A stretch of DNA of 64,000 nucleotides from NCBI GenBank assembly GCA_039586365.1, contig JBDHKN010000037.1, positions 10,846 to 74,845 of the forward strand, in the 5' to 3' direction. Both the position numbers and the translations under genes were made by a program. How positions within the stretch are numbered: position 1 is the first letter of the stretch; each line of letters starts with the position of its first letter. The notes under the pieces are model-generated. The model was given only the letters and a program-made list of their open reading frames with translations. It was not told the DNA's origin and did not search any database. Shown here in pieces: positions 60,133 through 64,000 of this stretch. This stretch comes from Gemmatimonadota bacterium (GTDB lineage: Bacteria > Gemmatimonadota > Gemmatimonadetes > Gemmatimonadales > GWC2-71-9).

Positions 60133-61188
60133 ATGACTGCCAGATACACGATTCCCCTCATTGTCGTTGGCTCACTGTTCGTGGTATGGGGCCTCTTCGG
60201 ATTGGTCGACATACGTAACACACCCTACCACGGGTTCATCAACAGTTCGGACTACACGATAGTCGAAGTCGAGGAGGGGAGTCCTGCCGCCGCTGCGGGG
60301 CTGAAAGTCGGCGACCGCATCATCACGTTCAGCGGCATCCCAGTCGAAGACTCGCGGGCGTTCACGCGGATGTCCCGGCCCGAGATCGGTGAGACGCGCG
60401 TGCTCGTGGTGGAGGAGGGTGTCGAGACTACGTTGCCAGCTGGTGAAGCAGAGTCCGTATCTCGTGAGGTGGAGCTCACGTTCGGGACCCTGCCTGTAAG
60501 AGTCGTAGCGTTGACCTGGGCCGCGTTCATCATCGGACTTTGTTTCATCGGCTTCGGGCTACTCGCCTATATCAAGACGCCAAGTCGGCCCGCCATGTTG
60601 CTTGCACTGACTGGGCTCTGCATAGGAATCGGGCTGGTCGGCGGTCCGTACATCGGCTCGTATGCGTTGCGCGCGATCGTCGAAACCATCACCCTCTTGT
60701 TGCTGCTGTTCGGCTTCGCCACCCTCCTCCATTGCCTCATGGAGTTCCCGAAGCCCAAAGCGGTTCTCAGGAGACGGCACGCGACAAAAGTACTCTATGC
60801 CCCGGCAGTATTGACCGCACTGTTCTCCCTCTGGCTCACCGTAATCGTGCCACGGGGCACCAGTACACTCAACACCGTAGTGAACACGATCTACGGTATC
60901 TTCGTCGTCCTCTACTTCGGCCTGGCGCTCGTGGCGCTGATTCACAGCTTCGTGAAAGCCACTCGGGACGAGCGATCTAGCTACGGTCTGAACCTGCTGC
61001 TCGCCGGCGTGATCATCGGCCTGCTGCCAACGATCATAGAAGCACTCGTCACGGTCGTCGCTCCGAGAGTCATCATGCCAGGCTCCGACTTCCTCTTCAT
61101 GACCGCGGTGCTGATACCGATCACTATGGCGTTGGCCATCATGAAAGTGGAAGCTGCTCCTGCTGCGGAGCCCGCACCGGTGATGTAG
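60133..61188 (+). CDS. PDZ-domain polytopic membrane protein
   Basis: VEEGSPAAAAGLKVGDRII PDZ motif followed by about 7 TM helices. Confidence 0.85.
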   Translation: MTARYTIPLIVVGSLFVVWGLFGLVDIRNTPYHGFINSSDYTIVEVEEGSPAAAAGLKVGDRIITFSGIPVEDSRAFTRMSRPEIGETRVLVVEEGVETTLPAGEAESVSREVELTFGTLPVRVVALTWAAFIIGLCFIGFGLLAYIKTPSRPAMLLALTGLCIGIGLVGGPYIGSYALRAIVETITLLLLLFGFATLLHCLMEFPKPKAVLRRRHATKVLYAPAVLTALFSLWLTVIVPRGTSTLNTVVNTIYGIFVVLYFGLALVALIHSFVKATRDERSSYGLNLLLAGVIIGLLPTIIEALVTVVAPRVIMPGSDFLFMTAVLIPITMALAIMKVEAAPAAEPAPVM

Positions 61189-61699
61189 CGGCGAGCTGCA
61201 TGGATGCTGTGCGAGTCCGCCTATGAGGCGGGGCGGTCTCTCCGTTTTCGTCGTCGGGCGGGCGTCGTGCTGCGGCGAAGCTCCTTGGAAGTCTCCTCCA
61301 TGAACTTGGTGGCGGGAGTAATGTTACCGGATACGAGCGGCTGAATGGTGTGACAATTGCGGTATTGGCACTTATCACATTCGTATTCCTGGTACTCGTG
61401 GTGGTGCAGAGTGTCTTCGCATTATACGCGGCTCAGACATGCCCCTCGCGCTGTCGGCGTCTAGGAGCTGTCACAGACGAAGCGACCGCTCGCACCAAAC
61501 CAGCCTCGACCGCCGATCTTTGCGGGCCTGCTTTAATGGATAGGGACTTGCCGCGTGCGAGCGTCGAGAGTCAGAGGATCGTTCGAAGGGGGCGATCCCC
61601 CATGGGGTGCCTCAGATACAGCCGTAGTCGCGGTCAGGAATTCGCGGCGCAGAATCGAGAATTGGCTGCGAGGGTTGCCAGCCGTTCGGCCTCATTGAC

Positions 61700-63199
61700 T
61701 CATTGCCTCTCATTAGGCCGGGCAAGCTCCGTTCTCGCTCGATCAATATCAGACATCAGGGCTGGGTCTAAATCAGTGCGGTGGCTCAGAAGGGAGAGGT
61801 AGCGAAGGTAGGCCCGGACCGCGCCTTCGACATCTCCCACAGCAGTGGCTGCCGTAGCCTCGGAGAGGTAGCTTGTGATGAGAGCTTCGGAAGTTTCTAC
61901 GAATTGAGAGTGAGTCGAAGGCTGCGGGTATTCTGGGCTCAGATCCAGAAAGACAGCAACGAACTCGCGGTCCCGCACACTCAGGCTGTCCCGTAGCTGC
62001 CATGCTCGTCGAGCACCACGCTCGGCCAGGGTGCTGTTGCCCATCAGGGCACCTGCCTGGAGAAGGCCCACAGCTGCAGGAGCGAAGGTAGGGAATGAGT
62101 CAAGTACCTGTTCGCACAGGTCACTTGCTTCTCCGTAGTCCCCATTCAGCAACATCCCTTCGACCAACTCCAAGTATGCCCGCGCCCACCTCGGCGAGAA
62201 CGGCAGCACTGCGATAGCCGTGCGCTGGTGAGTCGGAGTGGACAGACGCTCTCGCACCTAAAAGCCAATGATGACCGCAATCACTGCGGCCAGGCCGCCT
62301 ACTGCGGCCAGGAGCCGCACCGGCGGCTTGGACCTAGCTGCGACAGTCGAAACCGAGATCGTCACTTGCTCGGTGGTCAGTTCCGCTCCCAACTCTTCTG
62401 CTGTCCGATGCCGATCCGCCGGAGCTTTCGCCAGAGACTTGATGATTGTATCCACCACGGTCTCGGGTACAGAAGGCCGCAGTCCCGTCACCTCTGGTGG
62501 CGCTGACGCAATGTGCTGATGGACGATGCTCTCGACCGTCGGACCAGTAAAGGGTGGTTCACCCGCCAACATCTCGTACAGCACGCATCCAAGCGCGTAG
62601 ATGTCGCTCCTACCGTCCAACTCCCGTTCACCGCTCGCTTGTTCGGGACTCAGGTAAGCTGGCGTGCCGATGGCGATCCCTGTCTCCGTGAGCCTCGCTT
62701 CTCCCGCTTCCTCTATAGCGCGGGCGACGCCAAAGTCGGCCACAACTGCGTGTTTGGCTTCGAGCAGAATGTTCTCGGGTTTGATGTCTCGATGTATGAC
62801 ATTACGGTCGTGCGCGAAACCGAGCGCGTCGGCCACCTCGCCAGCGATCTTGAGAGCATCCTCGATAGCAAGCTGCTTCTCACGCTTCAGACGATCCCGG
62901 AGCGACTCACCCTCCACATAGGGCATCACGTAGAACAGGAACCCGTCGGCTTCTCCTGAGTCCAACAGCGGCAGGATGTGAGGATGGTTGAGGTTGGCGG
63001 TGATCTTGATCTCGCGCAGGAAGCGGCCAGCACCAAGTGATGCAGCAAGCTCAGGACGGAGGACCTTGACGGCAACCTGCCGTTCGTGCTTTGAGTCCTG
63101 AGCGAGGTAGACGGTGGCCATCCCGCCGCTGCCCAACTCACCTTCTATCTGGTAGCGGTCAGCCAGTGCAGCTTTGAGGCGGTCCAGAATGTCGGCCAT
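61700..63199 (-). pseudogene. Membrane Ser/Thr kinase with TolB_N/TPR C-terminus; in-frame TAG at 62258-62260 and apparent internal deletion; kinase domain itself intact
   Basis: Full kinase motifs (GSGGMA, VAVK, HRDIKPEN, DFG, SPEQ, SDIYALG); GF*VRE; AIAVLPF jumps straight to TPR-like helices. Confidence 0.85.
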
Positions 63200-63223
63200 T
63201 CGACGACTCCTCTGGGTCCGGTA

Positions 63224-63255
63224 TAAGGTATGCCTTGCGGCTGGAGACGGCCAGA
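63224..63255 (-). promoter_or_regulatory. Conserved kinase promoter motif TCTGGCC-N18-TACCTTA
   Basis: Matches 57677-57708 and 58444-58475. Confidence 0.65.
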
Positions 63256-63453
63256 CTGGCGGAGGCAAGGAGTGAATGGCGTGGGCTATTGGAGTCTTCG
63301 GCGACCATGGGAAGATTAGGAGGATAGTTACGGCACTCATGTAAGGGGAGGGGGGAGCGGTGGTCACGGTGGCAAGGGAGCGGTAGACTCCCGACGTACA
63401 CGACACACCGACCAGCTATCCAAAGTCGAACGCACGAAACGGAGCGAGCGATC

Positions 63454-63654
63454 GTGAGACAGAACTACGAATACAAATTCGTCCGGTTGGGCGAAGGGAT
63501 CGTGGCTGCCCGGAAGGCGGCCAAGCAGACTTACCAGGACGTAATCCACCAACACGCGCGAGACGGTTGGCGCTTGGTGCAGGTGTTTGCTCCAGGGATA
63601 GGCGGCTATGGCGCCGCGAAGTATTACGAGATCATCCTCGAGAGAGAACGCTAA
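63454..63654 (+). CDS. DUF4177/DUF4177-like small protein
   Basis: YEYKFV...DGWRLVQVF...IILERE. Confidence 0.8.
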   Translation: MRQNYEYKFVRLGEGIVAARKAAKQTYQDVIHQHARDGWRLVQVFAPGIGGYGAAKYYEIILERER

Positions 63655-63722
63655 GCTCGGACGCACACCTCGGTGAGTTGATCTGGAGTCAAGGCGTAGA
63701 GCTTCTCGGATTGGTTCATCAT
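63651..63722 (-). pseudogene. 23-codon stump paralogous to the N-terminus of 28908-29231
   Basis: SEKLYALTPDQLTEVCVR vs SERITLTPTQLVEVCVQ; GAGG RBS. Confidence 0.55.
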
Positions 63723-63796
63723 CGTGGCCTCACTGGTTAAGAGTCGGGCTACTATAGCACACGACCCTCAACACAGACTCAACGTTGGCTCACCTG

Positions 63797-64000
63797 TGTC
63801 AGAGTGAAATAGAAAAGTCCGGGGGTAGCGTGAAATAGAAATGTCCTCCCCCCGGGGCTTAGGTTGAAGAGTGGGCGGGCTGTTGAGCAGCCTGCGCGGC
63901 GATGTATCTGGCGAGGGCACGCGGATTGGCGATGAGTTTGTTGTGCTTTCGCCAGGGGTGATCGGGTCCGGGCTTTGGCGGTTTCGGCTGAGGCTTCGGG
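63797..64000 (-). mobile_element. End of an IS1202/ISNCY-type insertion sequence with the transposase C-terminus (63859-63999)
   Basis: TGT terminus; two 17-bp repeats GTGAAATAGAAA(A/T)GTCC at 63804 and 63830; minus frame reads PKPGPDHPWRK...*. Confidence 0.8.

Noticed and set aside
55375..62260. Genome-wide TAG recoding
   Set aside because: TAG terminates many intact genes in the window, and other pseudogenes break at TAA, TGA or frameshifts

Overview
GC-rich (~60%) bacterial chromosomal window. The expanded 'MADILDRLKAALADRY' Ser/Thr kinases, VPS10-like glycosyl hydrolase, DUF5916 protein and many secreted peptidases suggest Gemmatimonadota (inference). About 1-54 kb is mostly intact metabolic and envelope genes: an N-terminally membrane-anchored reductive-dehalogenase-like protein, pdxH, ALDH7, two acyl-CoA dehydrogenases, hflKC, a GreA-family factor, M28/S9/S41/M4 peptidases with emfourin, and an amidase. 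About 54-64 kb is a decaying accessory region with several kinase pseudogenes that share a conserved promoter, fused gene stumps, in-frame stops and the end of an IS1202/ISNCY-type element. Most notable signals: two ~140-bp IS6-like MITEs in inverted orientation around the amidase, a secreted C-C-CC-C-C knottin/conotoxin-like peptide between direct repeats, the transmembrane RDase, a GACGCC array with 25-bp period, two degenerate 21-bp-period tracts, and a cluster of small Zn-binding and Nif11/needle-like proteins. No rRNA, tRNA or CRISPR array was recognised. All family calls come from motif recognition by eye, not database searches.
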